Shown: positions 40,641 through 53,621 of the stretch, one piece after another | Layout: every line of letters starts with the position of its first letter | How positions within the stretch are numbered: the first letter of the stretch is position 1 | NCBI RefSeq assembly: GCF_006345805.1 | Contig: NC_043008.1 | Coordinates: 8,742,001-8,806,000, forward strand | Direction: 5' to 3' | Origin: Octopus sinensis | Taxonomy: Eukaryota | Length of the DNA stretch: 64,000 bases | Notes under the pieces: model-generated | Told to the model about the DNA's origin: nothing | Database searches by the model: none | Seen by the model: only the letters and a program-made list of their open reading frames with translations | Program-made: the position numbers and the translations under genes

Positions 40641-43600
40641 CATATATGTATATATAAATATATAGAAGAAAGATACAAAAGTATGTTTCCACGTAACGAA
40701 ATATTTTCATATTGTCTTACTCAAAATCCACTAGCATATTTTTTCCACAAAGTGAGTTTTCTACGCACCAATATGCAGAGAATAACATATTAATAAAAAC
40801 ACTTTTCATTTAATAAGCTTAAGTCTGTACTGAACCAAAATGAGCTTTTGCAGGAGGACAATATGAAATCTAACTGACCTCCTTTTGCTTTCGTTCAGCT
40901 CAGTACAGTTTAATGTATATACTTCTTGAAATCATTTTAGAATATGTGGCACTAAATCTGAGAGGTATTAATTTTACATAGCCATGTCGCTTATATCATT
41001 TCTAGTACAAGGGAAGCAGCATTTACTTGTAGTGTTTTATGCCGCTTGTGTTCGTTTAATAAATGCACATGTTGGTTAATATCTTCAGAAAGTAATCTTT
41101 CTTAAAATACAAAGACGCGCCGTAAGTGAAAGAAAGGTGTCTAATTAATATATCTGATAAAAACACGAAGTGATAAAGTTCTAATTTTAAATTAAGAAAA
41201 ACAGTTTTTCTGTTCCAAGAATATGTCGAGTCAGGTTTTTCTAAGTTGTTGATATTGTTACTGCAAGTGTTATGGTGGTTGGTGATGGCTCACGTTTTAA
41301 TAAGTGCAAATTTGGGAAATTTTGCACATATCTCTTTCAACTTTAATACTTCTAATATTTTAGTTGTTTCAATCAGAATACGTTCTCCAATATACTCGCT
41401 CACACGCATATATACATACAGATATGTGTGTGTGTGTGTGTGTGTGTTTCACACATGTACATAATACATGTACAAATACACACACATATACATAGAGATA
41501 CAGAGGTGCGCCAGCATACATACATTCATAGCGAAACACGCCAGGAAAATATAAGTACAAATATTCCAAGAAATCAGTTTGTTTTCAGTCCGAGCAGCTA
41601 CTAACATTCCTTTCATCACTGATATCACTTTGTAAAAGTTTTTCACAAACTGGAAGCACCTTATGCGAACATAACCTGTATTTTGAGCTAATTAGAGTAT
41701 AATGCATTACTTTTCGGTTCGTATTTGTCAATCTCGTACCGTTTGGTATTGTTTCGGTGTTGTTCTTTTGTTAAATCACAACACCGATAGAATAGGAAAA
41801 CTGAATACTTTGGTACGACCTGTACTTCACAATTATCTAAATATGTTCAGAAAAGTGTACATCGGACAAACATTCATACCGGTTTCTCCAATATAATATT
41901 CTGTCCTATATTCATACCGGTTTCTCCAATATAATGTTCTCAGCAACATTCGAGGTTATGATGTTTAATAAGTTAAACGACTTTCAAGATAAAGAAGTTT
42001 TAATTTTGAAGGTAGGACTCTGTTTGAAGTGGAATTCTGGGCCCTCCAATAGCTAGCTACAACATAGTTTGGTTGGATGTATTTATTAACTTTAGGGTCC
42101 GTTGTTTTTATACAGAGCTCTGCATTGACGGATATAGTTTTTATTGATTTCGTTTGCCTCTTGGGTTTTATAATTTAATAAATTTTAAAGACAATTTTCA
42201 GTTTCTAACCACGTTAAATATTGTTAGGCTTTTATTGATGTTGGCGAAATATTTCGGTGTTCCTTAGGCAAAAAGGTCAAATATATGTTATTATACGGTA
42301 CAACATTTATTTCCCTTTCTTATTTTGCTGTTCGAAGTAATTTGATGTTAATTTGCTTTACTTTCTGGTTAGTATTTTATTTTGTCTAGACTTCGGTTTT
42401 TTGGTTCAGTTGTGCAGACGCGTTTCCTTAAGTTGAATGATATGTTGCTTTAAGAGGGTTTCTAGTGGCATGATATCAGAAGGCTGTGTTGTTTTGAGTC
42501 AGTGGGTTTAATATGTATGCCTTCTTTTAGTATTGCCCTTTTTTAAATTAGAATGTCTAAGAAGGGGAGACTATTGTTACTGATCTTGATGATGAATTGA
42601 ATGTGAGGGTTAATGCTGTTCATAAGATTTTAAAATCGACTCATTCTCAAAATGTCCTCAATGAAATGAAATACTAGTCAAGAACCTTTCCACAATTTTC
42701 TTTCAAAAGACAGATACGTACGTCTCAAAAGATTTGTTGGGTGGTTTTCATTGGTTATTACTTCACGGTAACCCACGAGATTTTCAGAATACGTTGGAGC
42801 AACTTACGTTCTCATGACGGTTCATGCCTTTTGTCCGTAGGCTATGCCACCGAACATGAAGTGGTTGTTTTCTAAAGAGAGTTGCAGACATTCACAAAAA
42901 CTTTCTATCTATGTCCTCTGGTATTTCATATGAACGTTAATCTAGCCAATATTCTATACTTTCGATTCCATAATCAATACAGATAAGCATGCACATACCT
43001 GTGTATATTTTTCTATATATCAGCATTCATGAATGTTTGTATGTATGTATGTATGTATCTATCTATCTATCTACCCCTCTCTCTTTCTCTCTTTCTATCT
43101 GTCTGTCTATCTATCTCTATATTTTCGATTCCATATGCTGCTATATATGCTCGCAATACCAAATTTGGCTGCATCTGTTTTTGCTTTTATTCTATCTGGT
43201 ATAATGGTGAGTTTATCAATATCATCTAGTGTAAAGATCTTTATGTCGTTCAGGAAAGTTTTTAGCAAAGTGTTTAGGAAATTATCTAAGCAGGGTGTTT
43301 CGCTGGACGAACCCGCAATAATGGGTCAGTTTTAAATTCGCTGGTGATGGAATATTTTTCAGTTTTGTAACTGTTGGTTTCATCATAGTAAATATTAGCT
43401 TGCAGGATGTTCAGTACAATATTTATTTAATAACCTATATTCATAATAAAAAGTGAACCTCTTTCGGCAGCTCCTGGATAACTATAGTTCTACCTAACTG
43501 TAAATCTATTAAGCGGATCCATTTCCGTCTACTGAAGTTAGATTTTATTTGCTTTTTTTTCTGCTTCTTGTCAATAGTGTTCTGCTAATTTAATTTTCCT

Positions 43601-43821
43601 GCAGAAATCCGCTATATAAGCATTAATTTCAGATGTATCTGATTTTTGAAAGGTTATTGTACAACTCCTTGAACATTACATTTATTTGTAAGACGGTTTT
43701 ACCATTATATAAGATGGTGATTTTTTTCGCGATTCGCATCCATTTTGTGTCCCTATATTCCCGGTTTATGTTTAAGAAATAGTTCTTTCGGTTAAAGATC
43801 ATTTGTATATTTTATATGAAA

Positions 43822-44222
43822 TGGGGCAGGAGTGGTTGTGTGGTAAGTAGCTTGCTAACCAACCACATGGTTCCGGGTTCAGTCCCACTGCGTGGCATCT
43901 TGGGCAAGTGTCTTCTGCTATAGCCCCGGGCCGACCAATGCCTTGTGAGTGGATTTGGTAGACGGAAACTGAAGGAAGCCTGTCGTACATATGCATATAT
44001 ATATATAAGTGTGTGGGTTTGTGTGTCTGTGTTTGTCCCCTTAGCATTGCTTGACAACCGATACTGGTGTGTTTACGTCTCCGTCACTTAGCGGTTCGGC
44101 AAAAGAGACCGATAGAATAAGTACTGGGCTTACAAAGAATAAGTCCCGGGGTCGATTTGCTCGACTAAAGGCGGCGCTCCAGCATGGCCGCAGTCAAATG
44201 ACTGAAACAAGTAAAAGAGAAA
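43822..44222 (+). mobile_element. SINE family A, full length (first of a tandem pair)
   Basis: Complete head to tail; nested in the PLE. Confidence 0.97.
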
Positions 44223-44230
44223 AAAGAGAG

Positions 44231-44404
44231 AGGCGCAGGAGTGGCTGTGTGGTAAGTAGCTTGCTAACCAGCCACATGGTTCCGGGTTCAGTCCCACTGC
44301 GTGGCATCTTGGGCAAGTGTCTTCTGCTATAGCCCCGGGCCGACCAATGCCTTGTGAGTGGATTTGGTAGACAGAAACTGAAAGAAGCCCGTCGTATATA
44401 TGTG

Positions 44405-44435
<31 letters not shown>

Positions 44436-44645
44436 ATGTGTTTGTGTGTCTGTGTTTGTCCCCCTAGCATTGCTTGACGACCGATGCTGGTGTGTTTACG
44501 TCCCCGTCACTTAGCGGTTTGGCAAAAGAGACCGATAGAATACGTACTGGGCTTACAAAAGAATAAGTCCCGGGGTCGAGTTGCTCGACTAAAGGCGGCG
44601 CTCCAGCATGGCCGCAGTCAAATGACTGAAACAAGTAAAAGAGTA
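44231..44645 (+). mobile_element. SINE family A, full length (second of a tandem pair)
   Basis: Starts immediately after the (AAAAG/AG) tail of the first copy. Confidence 0.97.
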
Positions 44646-45897
44646 TATCAATATCTCAGCTTCAAATTGTAGTTTATAATGATTATAAACGAAATTCTGC
44701 CATTCTCCATTTTTTTTTGGGGGGGGGGTCTGTTTTCATTTTAATTTCCTTTTTACTTCTTGATGAACATCGTTGTATGTTTGTTACTGTGTTCTCAGTT
44801 TCATTCGGTCAAACTCATCTTGCATTTTACACACATAATTTTTGTTTACCGTACTGATAATTCGAATATTGTGTTCAATTGTAATTTCCTTAGCGTAAGA
44901 TCATTAGCGTTGAAGATATGAAGTTATGCAACGTTTGCAGATTTCTGCTTTACAGCATATTCTTGAATCCTAATATACCTTTGTTAGAGTTTTTAGCCCA
45001 AATATAGCTTATTCGTGTTTTTATAAGAAAAGTGCATTTCGAAATACTTTCGGATATTTCCGCATGTGGTAAATTATATTCCGTTGGTCATGTTTGCACG
45101 TATGATTCAATATTTTATATAACTTTTCGATGTTGTTTTGAGATCTGAATTTTTCAATCTAATTTTTCCTTTTATTCTATGTTTTATGGTAAATACAAAA
45201 ATTTGCTGAGTTTTTCGTTTAGGTTCAAAAGTTTAGTATTGATTTCTTTCAGTTTCTTGTGAATTTTCTTGTTTAAGTTTTCGTGTGTTTTCTTGGACCC
45301 AGGTGGCATTTTCAGATATTTGTAAGATGGTGGGTAGGTCGTAGTAAAAGAAAGTTTATTATATAAACACTTATCACCTTATATAGCAAAAGATAGGAAA
45401 GTTATGAAGATTCGCTAATTGATATGTGTGCGTGTGTGTAAGTATGTGTTTTCAGTGTAATATACGGATTCATAAAACTATGTGGCCATCACAGAAAGCT
45501 TCTCTAGTGGACTTGGCTAGCAGACAACATAGTAATCTAATACGAATGTGTATAATCTAGAGTTCAATACATCCGAAGTCCAGGAGATTCTGTCGATAAG
45601 ATTATTTCAAGGGAGCTGTATAAACCATCAAATGTCAGAAATGTGTGAGGCGAATATATTTATTTAACTACTCATCATTTTTAGGACTACGGCCATTTTG
45701 CAACGCTTATCTTGTAATAATAATTTCAGTGTATAATAAATATGTTCACATATCTGCACAAATGTGCATGCTATGCATTATGCAATGCAATTGCGAATAT
45801 ACGTTTCAGTGCACATGAAGAAAGCTAGCTTATCAGGTCAACAGAACATCACGGTAATACCAATGTTTTGAGTATAAGTATGTACACTAAATAATCT

Positions 45898-46150
45898 TAG
45901 GCGGGGGCGTGACCATAAGTGCAGGCATGACCATAGGCGCAGACGTGGATGTAGGCGTAGGCATAGCTATAGACGTGGATGTGGCTATACGCGCCGACGT
46001 GGTTATAGACACAGGTTTGGCCATAGGGGCAGAAGTGACTATGTGGGGACAAGTTTACTACCCAACCACATGGTTCTAGGTTCAATATCACAGCATGTCG
46101 ATTTCAATAAGTGTCGCCTGCGAGAGTCTCGGGCCGATCAAATCCTTGTA
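45898..46150 (+). repeat. Eight-unit 18-bp minisatellite derived from the SINE A 5' end (45898-46041), leading into a diverged SINE head
   Basis: Units such as taggcgcagacgtggatg and taggggcagaagtgacta compare with the SINE start taggcgcaggagtggctg. They continue into tgtgg...ccaaccacatggttctaggttcaa. Confidence 0.85.
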
Positions 46151-46620
46151 ATTAATTTGGTAGCACTCGTCATAATCGTCATTGTTTCAAACAATAATTA
46201 CTTCCTCTCTTACACCTTTTGTTTTTTGTTAACATTGAGCATTGTCGATTCCCTAAACTTAGATCCAGCACCTTAATTGATATAGTAAATATAAAAAATA
46301 AGTATATAATATTCCATATAAAAATAATATGAGAAAATGATATCAATGAATTCTATACGGACAGAGACAACGACTATTCAAAAGGTTGCTAGACACAACG
46401 AACATTTTAGAAAAAATAAATAAGTAAATGAGTGGAAACTGAACCGGTGAGTGTGTTAAATAATAAGGCACAAAAAGAGAATGAGTGCCCCCAGACAACA
46501 AAATATTCTTCAACACATGAATTCACATATAGAATCTTGCAAGCCAAATCCCAAAATTATATATACATATATATATGTATGTTTGTATCTATGCATGTAT
46601 GTATGTATATGTATACACGC

Positions 46621-46662
<42 letters not shown>

Positions 46663-47221
46663 TGTGTGTGTGTGTGTGTGTATGTTTACTTGTGTGTGTG
46701 AGTTGTGTGCTATAATCATCATTCATCAACCCTTTCTTCTGATGTACTTGTCTAGAAAATCTCCACTCTCATCGAAGACTGTTAAAACTTCAGATATAGA
46801 GGCCGTGGTTGAAGCCAATGGCGATTTTATTGAATAAATTTACTCTTTAGTATTTCAAGGTATTTTATGTAATTTTGGTAACTATGTTTTTTAAAATGAG
46901 ATTTCAATGTTATGGTTACTTTTGCGTAATTTAGACGGCACCTTATTCACCGCACCCTGTATAGAGATGAATAAATATTTATGTACAAATTCATATACGT
47001 ATAGATGTTGATTCAGAACTTTGCTGTCGATCCGAGGATACAAAGAAAGCAATATCATAACATGACAATAGTGGAATCCAAAATAGAAACCTTCCACCTG
47101 TAGAGCGATATTCCAACCATTCGTTGAGGTTACCATATGTGTATACACACACAAACACAAAAGAACATTTACATATACATATGTATATAGATATACATAG
47201 TATGGAGCTTTGTGTAGAATA

Positions 47222-47530
47222 TATTGTATAAAGGATTGTGAGTAAGGCCAAAACAATGCGAAGTAAATGAAAGGTAAATCACAAGAAAACAAATATATGA
47301 GTTAATGTAGACTTACCTTGTATTCAATATTTCGGGGTTATAACCCCGTTTTCAAGAGAAACATTGGCAACATTCGTTTATTTTCTTGAAAATGAGGTCA
47401 TAACCCCAAAATATTGAATACAAAGTAAGTCTATATTAACTCGTATATTTGTTTTTTCTTGTGATTTACCTTGCCTTACATTTACTTCGCATTGCTTTGG
47501 CCTTACCTACGATCCTTTATACAAGATATA
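47222..47530 (-). repeat. Fold-back element (~140-bp arms) next to (TA)n, with a hammerhead-like motif at about 47320-47356
   Basis: 47222-47360 and ~47380-47530 are reverse complements. The minus strand reads TTGAAAA-C-GGGG-TTATAA-CCCC-GAAA-TATT-GAATAC. Confidence 0.75.
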
Positions 47531-47601
47531 TATACATAAGTAAATATACCTTTGGAGATATTGATATGTGCATATATATATATATATACATATATACACA
47601 C

Positions 47602-47676
<75 letters not shown>

Positions 47677-48049
47677 AAAGAAGAAAATAGCAGGAAATGA
47701 ATTTCCTATACAGAACAAAAGTTAGCGCTCATTAGATAGAACTAAATGAATATAAAGTAATATAGCTTTCAATGAAGAACCAATTTCCAAGACATTGACA
47801 AACAAAACACGCTGTTTACCTCAATATATTTTTCGAAAGATACAACGCCTCACACGAAATATATAATATATAGATACAATAATATATATAAAAATATATA
47901 AGTACAAATATGTAAAGATATACAAATATAAAATATTATGTATATATTTGTATATAATCGTTTGAAACCTTTCTAAAACACAAAAAGGTTATATGTATGT
48001 ATATCTTTACTCATACACAAATGTTTATATCTATATATAAGATATATAC

Positions 48050-48290
48050 ATATGTACATCCATCCATCCATACATACATACATGCATGCATACATGCATA
48101 CATACATGCATGCATGCATACATACATACATACATGCATGCATACATACATACATGCATGCATGTATACATGCATACATTCATGCATGCATACATACATA
48201 CATACATACATACGTACATACATGCATACATACATACATACATACATACATACATACCTAAATACATAAATACTCACATACATACATATG
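48050..48290. repeat. (CATA/CATG)n compound satellite
   Basis: Directly visible; source of the MYVC/HTYI pseudo-ORFs. Confidence 0.95.
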
Positions 48291-48369
48291 TAGACATAAA
48301 TTCCTGAAGATTGGTGGTTCGTTAAAAAAGAATAAGTCCAAGACTAAATAACGTGTATACTTTTTTTTT

Positions 48370-48698
48370 ATTTTTTACTTGTTTCTGTCATTTGAGTGTG
48401 GCCATGGTGGAGCACCGCCTTTAGTCGAGGAAATCGACCCCAGGACTCATTCTTTGTAAGCCTAGTTCTTATTCTATCGATCACTTTTTGCCGAACCGCT
48501 AATGTTACGGGGACATAAACACACCAGTATCGGTTGTCAAGCGATGTTGGGGGGGGGGACAAACACAGACACAAACATAAACTGCGTGACACCATGGGCA
48601 AGTGTCTTCTACTATAGCCTCGGGCCGATCAAAGCCTTGTGAGTGGATTTAGTAGACGGAAATTTGAAAGAAGCCAATCACACACACACACACACATG

Positions 48699-48782
<84 letters not shown>

Positions 48783-48960
48783 TGTGTGTGTGTGATGGGC
48801 TTCTTTCAAATTTCTGTCTACTAAATCCACTCACAAGGCTTTGGTCGGCCCGAGGCTATAGTAGAAGACACTTACCCAAGGTGTCACGCAGTGGGACTGA
48901 ACCCGGAACCATGTGATTGGTAAGCAAGCTACTTACCACACACCCACTCCTGCGCCTATG
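48370..48960 (-). mobile_element. SINE family A with an internal inverted duplication of its own head
   Basis: Tail at 48370-48580 (-), inverted head copy at 48583-48680 (+), head at 48793-48960 (-). The two head copies share private variants. Confidence 0.9.
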
Positions 48961-51408
48961 TATTGTAACATTCCTATACTGCCAACGACTTACAAAACTT
49001 GATACAAAAAAACTTCTTTTTATTTCAAGATCATTCTGACGGTTTTATCAGTGCAACCTCATGGATCTCGATAAAACTAGGCGATGTATACACATTTTGT
49101 TGTAGACAGTGCTTGCGTTACTGGTTCCAGAATGTCGTTGTAGTCTGTAACAGGTATTTTCTGCGGGGTTATCTGGGGGCTCCTGAGGCCTGTGTGAGAT
49201 ATAAATATATGGCTACAGAGTTTACGAACTAAATGAGGAAATCCATTGTTAACCGAATTTTCTTTTCGTGCTAGACTCATTATGCGTGACCACACGTTTG
49301 CATTTCGCTAGAATATTCCGAATATACTCCTTTGTCACTTCCATTATGGCTTTCAAAAAATAATTGTTTAAATCGAACTGCACTCTTCAAAAGTTGCACT
49401 AAGAAAAAGTAATAGGTAAAATTACTGCCTCCTTTTATAGCAAGTTGATGTAGGTAGTTTATACCCTCCTCTCCGATTCTAGTTCATGCAATTGAAAAAA
49501 TCGCATTATCTATGGGATGACCCAACATTTCATTGTAAAGAGCCTGGTTTTTTTGCGGCATCAGCGACTGAAATTCTACATATTGTGTATATATCAATAG
49601 CAGATTATTTGGCTACCAAGCGGTGTGTAGATACCTACTGATGATGAAGTGAAAACACTGAAATCACCTGATCTAGCAATTTCACAACCGGCACTGAGCA
49701 ATTCTCATTACAGCGTTCTAATAATACATCCACATTAAGCAGGATATTAAAATTGTTATTCTGTATTCACACCGCCTTTGTCAGCTAATATATATATATA
49801 TATATTATATATATATATATATATATATTTAATTGTGTCTGAGGTGAGTCATTTTCTTTTTGTGCCTTATAATGTAACACACTCACCGGTAAAATTTCCA
49901 CTTATTTCTTATTTTTATTTTCCTAAAACTTTCGTTGCGTCTTGCAATCTTTTCAATAAAGTATTTTCAGTCATAAGCTTAACAAATCATACTGACAATA
50001 CCTAATACCAAAATACATTTGATAACCATATCTCCATATGATAAATATATAGCACTTCTTTTCCTCACAACGCTGAATAGAATTTACATAAGCATCTTGC
50101 CTTTTGAATCTTACTCAGCATGTGACCGTCATTAACAACGAAATCATTAAAGAAATGCCATTGAGCTAAACTCAATTTCCTCCAACTTTTGCATCAAAAG
50201 ATCTCGATTGTTTTACTTAGTTTCGTTAATCGTTTTACACTACACAGAGTTGATCAACTTTGAACATGTTCAACTTCAAAACATATTCGTTGAAAGAGCG
50301 TCTATTAAAGGAAGGTTTCTTTTTATAGATTAATTTCTTAGATGAAATTTCTCGGTCACTGTACGCGATGCCCGAAAACACATTCTTATTGTGAGGCGGT
50401 TCCTAAATATGTATATCCTACACTACGGCACTGCGGTGTTAAAAGAGGCCAAATGCCGCCATTGAAGCAGTTTAATCACCGTGTGCACCAGAAATTTGAA
50501 AACCTAAAAATTGTATCTCGAAACAATGCCGAAATTAGAATTCAGATAGAATGGTACGAACAAAAGAAACACATTTCTATTAATTTCTGGGTTAATATTT
50601 TACTTTTCTTTCTTTTCTCTCTCTTCAAATGTTTCGAAGGAGTTACCTAAAATACTATTACACACATAGTCGAGTAAAAGATTTAAATGACGAAAAATTT
50701 CAAGCATTTTCTTTTTATACTATCGATCACAGCTTTATGAAACAAGTGTTTGGCATTTAGCGTATTTGCGTGCGTTTGTGTGTATGTGAGAGAGAGAGAA
50801 TGATTGAGAGAGCGGGTAGTTCTTTAGCGTTTCGGCAAAAAAAGTGTCCAGTACAATAAAACAGTGTATTTATATTTCAAGGCGACGTTCCAGTGTGGCT
50901 GGAGACAAATGATTGAATCCCGTAAAGCGTATGGAATCCATTAAAACGTATGTACTATTCAAATATAATGAAACTTTATACCCCTATTCAGAGTAAGCTT
51001 GACTGATCCATATTTGCAGTTAGTGGTAAAAGCGTTTCTATCTTTCAATATATACGGTGTTTCAGGTTATAATATTCCGATTTTAAACTATTCTTTATAC
51101 AGGCTTCAAAATTACTCCAAAATAAGTACAGTGTAGTTTTATATATAAAGCAAATGTGTTTCTATGGAACTTGTTTTTGTCCCCTTAATAGCGAAGATAG
51201 TGAAACCGGGAAATGCATGCGTCAGCATCATTATAAAGTCTTATTGAGTAGATAACTTTTCCTTTAATGTGAATTTTGGGTTCCTTACATCTAGCCGTAG
51301 GTACATAGTGGTCGCTGAGGCGGATTGAGTGCCAGATACCCGGACAAATCCTTTGTGCAATCCTTGAGACTACGTTGCTTACATAAGCTAGGAAATATCT
51401 TGAAAAAT

Positions 51409-51671
51409 AATGTCAGCAATTGGACACAGAGAAACCAACTCCTCCCACAGCCCTTAAGCTGAAGTGCTGCAGTTTGATAACTCTGCTCTTACTCACACCT
51501 GGCAAATTACAGAGGGCTCTTTGAATGAGGTCGGTATGGAATAGGTAAACGAAATGCATTAGAGGTGATCATACCAGAATGGAGGAAGCTTTTTCGGATT
51601 TAAGTCTGATGCCTAAACAAACTGAATAACGAGTTAGCACCACCGAGCGGTTCCATCTCTAAAGTTTCTTC
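51409..51671. repeat. Unclassified ~265-bp dispersed repeat, copy 1
   Basis: High identity to 55334-55602 with the same two ends. Confidence 0.9.
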
Positions 51672-52159
51672 AAATTTGCCTCAAATACTTTTCTTGGTTT
51701 TGGAACATACTTTTTCCTAGACATATTTTCAGTCTCCACTTTCTGTGATACAATCACATCAACACTCTCATATATTGGTGTGACAAATGAAAAAAAAAAC
51801 AGTAACTGATATTTATAGAATGAAACAAGGACATTCAATACCAAATGTCTTCTCTCTAGAAAATACGTTTAGTCAAATGATGAGATAAGGGAAGTCCATC
51901 GTTAAACCAACAATTACAGCATGCACCGAAGACACTAGAAGCTTGTACCACCAGGTAACGTATGTAGGTTGCATATCTGACTCTCTTCGTACTTGAAATA
52001 TAACCAACGAATACTGAAAACAAGGAACCGATTGAAGGTCATTTTAAAAGTTTGCAAAGGCAATCGATGAAAAGTGAAAGGTTCTACCCACCGCTCACGT
52101 TGGCATGTTTTGATATTAGAATGGAAATGTAATTATTATTATTATTATTATTATTATTA

Positions 52160-52191
<32 letters not shown>

Positions 52192-53498
52192 CTATGTTTG
52201 ACTTTTGCTTTATGTCTGTACAAGTTGGCTCCAAGTCTCACCCAGAGACCTCAAGAGACAATAGGTTAGAAGTTCTGTGCCATATATTTGGTTTTTTTTT
52301 TTTTTTTTGGTGTTGTACTAGTGAATGTCTAATACATAAAAATAAAAAATAAACAAAAAAAAATAAATAAATAAATAAAAAAATAAATACAAATAAAAAA
52401 AAAGTTTGTTTTAAACCTTGGGATTACATAGAGAGTTTTTGCGTAGGATATGAGCAGTTCCCATGAGCACTATCTTTTGAATTTCTGCCATTTGGGGTTT
52501 CCTGGTATCTGAGTTAGGTAGCATCAGTTCCTTTCGCTATCATTCTCAGGGCACCTATGGCAACAGGTATTGTTTTAGTCTTCAGGCTTCACATTTTGCT
52601 GATTTCTATTTCAAGATCTTTATATTTGCTCAGTTTTTGGTAGGTCTTGACAGATACGTTTATATCGATTGGGACAGTCATATCAATGAGGAGGCATGTT
52701 CTTTGTCTGAAGTCTTTCAATATGATGTCTGGCCTATTTGCATCTATCTTCCTGTCAGTTTGAATGGTGAAGTTCCAGAGGAGTGAGATGTGGTCATTTT
52801 CAAGCACAGGAGGTGGATTGTGTTCCCACCAGTTTTTTTCATGGGGCAAATCCAGGTTTTTGCAAATTACCCAGTGAATATAATGTGCTGCTCTATCATG
52901 CCTACTGAGGTACTCTGTAGGCGCTAGAAGACTGCATGGTCAATGGTTTCATTTTGTTGTCGGCATACACGACATGTTGGGCTACTGCCGTTCTTTAATA
53001 TGTTGGCCTGGTAGTTTCTTGTTGGTAGGCATTGATCTTGATAAACCCCTCTGTTTCAGATTTTAAGCCAGAGGCCATTAGCCATTGATGGGTCAGGGCT
53101 TTGTCGATATCTGCATTATTCGCTCTCTTTGGGTATTTGCCATAGAGAGGTTTTTCTTGCCATTTATTATTCAGAATATCTAAGGCCGCAGTTTTGGCAC
53201 GGGTTTTCATGCGCCTAGCTTTTTCTGTGTTTGTATCTTGTATGTCTATCTCTAATTCCGAAATTGGTTGTATTCGGAATTCACTTAGATATTCCTTTGC
53301 CTGTTTTGTGACTGAGTATGATGCTTTCTTGTTTTCATGTTTTGAGACAAGTTTTAACATCCAGTCCTCAGAGTTTTTCAGGTAGGTGTCTAGGCCAATT
53401 GTAGCAATCTTCATTGTTATTGCCAGTTGCAAAAGACCACGGCCTCCCTCTTTTCTTGGCAGATAGAGTCGTTCTGTATCTGCCTTCGGGTGGTGCAT
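52192..53498 (-). mobile_element. 5'-truncated R4/Dong-like LINE with (TAA)n at both ends and a 19-bp TSD
   Basis: HHPKADTERLYLPRKEGGRGL, WQEKPLYG, SGLKSETEGF, CRVC..ETIDH, RHDRAA, NRPDIILKD..LIDMTVP and KLSKYKDL. TSD agaatgg(a/g)aatgtaattat at 52118-52136 and 53530-53548. Confidence 0.95.
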
Positions 53499-53621
53499 TA
53501 TTATTATTATTATCATTATTATTATTAGGAGAATGGGAATGTAATTATGGGTGAGAAATGAACAGAAGATTAGTTGTACTGCTGGCAGTTCAAAGCAATC
53601 AGTTAAATGTTTCCTCTTCAG

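Larger units (their letters stand above)
41700..45330 (-). mobile_element. Decayed Penelope-like retroelement (N-terminus, RT, GIY-YIG), interrupted by a microsatellite (~42990-43190) and two SINEs (43822-44645)
   Basis: Minus-strand PIIAGSSSETPCLDNFLNTLLKTFLNDIKIF, LENNHFMFGG, NLMNSINPHIQFIIKISNNSLPFLDILI and EHYIGETG are PLE RT and GIY-YIG motifs in the correct order. The N-terminal assignment (44700-45330) is less sure. Confidence 0.85.

Noticed and set aside
46765-46792. Minus-strand agtct-tcgatga resembling a hammerhead core
   Set aside because: No stem II, GAAA or stem III follows.
49000-49780. Possible L1-like remnant (DILEPVTQ)
   Set aside because: Only a single weak motif.
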